Part shown: positions 63,054 to 64,000 of the stretch, in pieces | How positions within the stretch are numbered: the first letter of the stretch is position 1 | How the letters are laid out: each line of letters starts with the position of its first letter | Notes under the pieces: generated by a model | The model's input: only the letters and a program-made list of their open reading frames with translations | What the model was told of the DNA's origin: nothing | Databases searched by the model: none | Program-made: the position numbers and the translations under genes | NCBI GenBank assembly: GCA_036389275.1 | Contig: DASVQE010000009.1 | Span: forward strand, 30,568-94,567 | DNA from: Thermoanaerobaculia bacterium | Lineage (GTDB): Bacteria > Acidobacteriota > Thermoanaerobaculia > Gp7-AA8 | DNA length: 64,000 bases | Reading direction: 5' to 3'

Positions 63054-63596
63054 CTATGTGCGGGTGACGATGGTGAGCTTCTGTCCGGAAGACAGCGGTT
63101 GATGCGTGGTCATGAGATTGCGCGACTTCGTGCGCGGCGAACTGCCGCGCCTGCCTACGTCGGCAACGCAATCGAGGATCAGTCGCTCGCCGCGTAACGA
63201 CGGCTTTCCCGTCTTGCCTTCGAACCACGGCTCCGCTGTGAAGGTCGGCGCGAGCGCTTCTGACCATGTTGTGCCGGTGAACCAAACACGCGTGATCGTG
63301 ATCGGCTTTTTGAAGTTGGCGGCGTTTGAGTACAGGTCAGTGTTGGTATTGTCGGCGTTGCCGATCGTGAGCGTTACGCGCACGGGCGCAACGTCATCGC
63401 TTTCCTCAATGCCCGGAATCTCGAGGATCGCTGCGCGGAAGTAGTTGCTACCGTAAATGAGACCGCGCCGGCCGTCCGCAGTGAGCCCACGGTAGTTCGT
63501 CCAGCGTCGCGGTGTGGGCGTGAGCAGTTCGACGAGCACATTCGTTCTAATTTCTTGGTCATCGAGCAGCGGCACAATTGCCGCGTCGAGTGGCAT
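63054..63596 (-). CDS. tail hub/gpL-like minor tail protein
   Basis: RBS AGGGAGG; RRWTNY..L......YF.A..LEIPGIEES...VTLTIGNAD pattern. Confidence 0.6.
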   Translation of the reverse strand: MPLDAAIVPLLDDQEIRTNVLVELLTPTPRRWTNYRGLTADGRRGLIYGSNYFRAAILEIPGIEESDDVAPVRVTLTIGNADNTNTDLYSNAANFKKPITITRVWFTGTTWSEALAPTFTAEPWFEGKTGKPSLRGERLILDCVADVGRRGSSPRTKSRNLMTTHQPLSSGQKLTIVTRT

Positions 63597-63641
63597 GTGT
63601 GGCCCTCCCTACTTTTGTTGGTGATTGCGGCGCTTCGCGCG

Positions 63642-63998
63642 CTATGCGGCGCGTGGGACGATCAGGTAGGGGTCATCCTTGATGCGCGCGATGACCCGCC
63701 GTTCAGCCGTGGACACGACGCGCTCGCCGAGATCGCCGTTGTCGACGACGATTTGATCAACGGCCGTTAATTCGAGGCCTCGCAGCGCGTCACGAACGGC
63801 TTTTGCGTAGTCCTCGGCGCTTGGATTGACAGCGGGCTTCTGCTCTGGCTGCGCGTTGCGGAGAGCGGTCAGCAGTTCCTCGGCTCTTGCGCGCTGGGCG
63901 GCGATCTCGTCACGTACAGCGGCAAGGTCGTTCATACGCTGCACGAGTTCCGTCATGACGCGCTGAGAGAGATCGTCGCCTTGTGCAGCCCCTGACTT
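63642..63998 (-). CDS. C-terminal end of a probable tape-measure protein (runs off window)
   Basis: Frame is open to the window edge; coiled coil then QIVVDNGDLGERVV, typical of tape-measure C-termini; lies upstream of the hub and Dit genes. Confidence 0.5.
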   Translation of the reverse strand, partial: KSGAAQGDDLSQRVMTELVQRMNDLAAVRDEIAAQRARAEELLTALRNAQPEQKPAVNPSAEDYAKAVRDALRGLELTAVDQIVVDNGDLGERVVSTAERRVIARIKDDPYLIVPRAA

Positions 63999-64000
63999 CT

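Larger units (their letters stand above)
45908..64000. mobile_element. end of a prophage or phage-derived element: tail genes plus cargo cassette (boundary approximate, continues off window)
   Basis: Shift to more A/T-ending codons after icd; siphophage-type tail genes at 58.3-64 kb; no integrase in the window. Confidence 0.55.

Noticed and set aside
58879-64000. Contractile injection system/T6SS delivering the RHS toxin, or a DGR on the fibre
   Set aside because: No sheath, VgrG, PAAR or baseplate wedge genes, and no reverse transcriptase or template repeat in the window. The RHS protein has its own signal/TM segment.

Overview
GC-rich bacterial chromosome segment. The gene repertoire (kinase-TolB-TPR protein, MglA, BNR propellers, ECF/zf-HC2/DUF4097 trio, bsh genes) suggests Acidobacteriota, probably Thermoanaerobaculia-like; this is inference only. 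1-45.9 kb is mostly housekeeping: galU, eda, a methyltransferase-bshC-bshB1-bshA bacillithiol operon, proS, SLT, an LPS/GT block, cyclophilin, an AmgK-like kinase and isocitrate dehydrogenase. It also holds a 2-aminophenol meta-cleavage cluster (asparaginase-II-like gene, ALDH8A1-like amnC, amnB and an AmnA-RidA fusion, with an LLM monooxygenase nearby), two small accessory islands (about 6.1-8.9 kb and 34.7-37.3 kb) and several palindromic short-tandem-repeat elements. From about 45.9 kb the codon usage changes. The window then carries a phage tail module (58.3-64 kb, minus strand) next to a 12-kb cassette. The cassette encodes an XRE-HTH-TPR regulator with a convergent, overlapping, unannotated 24-aa hydrophobic peptide gene, an ECF sigma with a zinc-finger anti-sigma carrying a paralogous TPR domain, a ~2,500-aa teneurin-like RHS protein with a putative ART/NADase-like C-terminal toxin, and a membrane-anchored candidate immunity protein. 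A CGCA-N8-TGC palindrome recurs in three of the cassette's intergenic gaps. This cassette is the best candidate for an undescribed system: a peptide-controlled (RRNPP-like) teneurin-toxin module on a prophage. All family assignments come from recognising motifs by eye; no searches were run.
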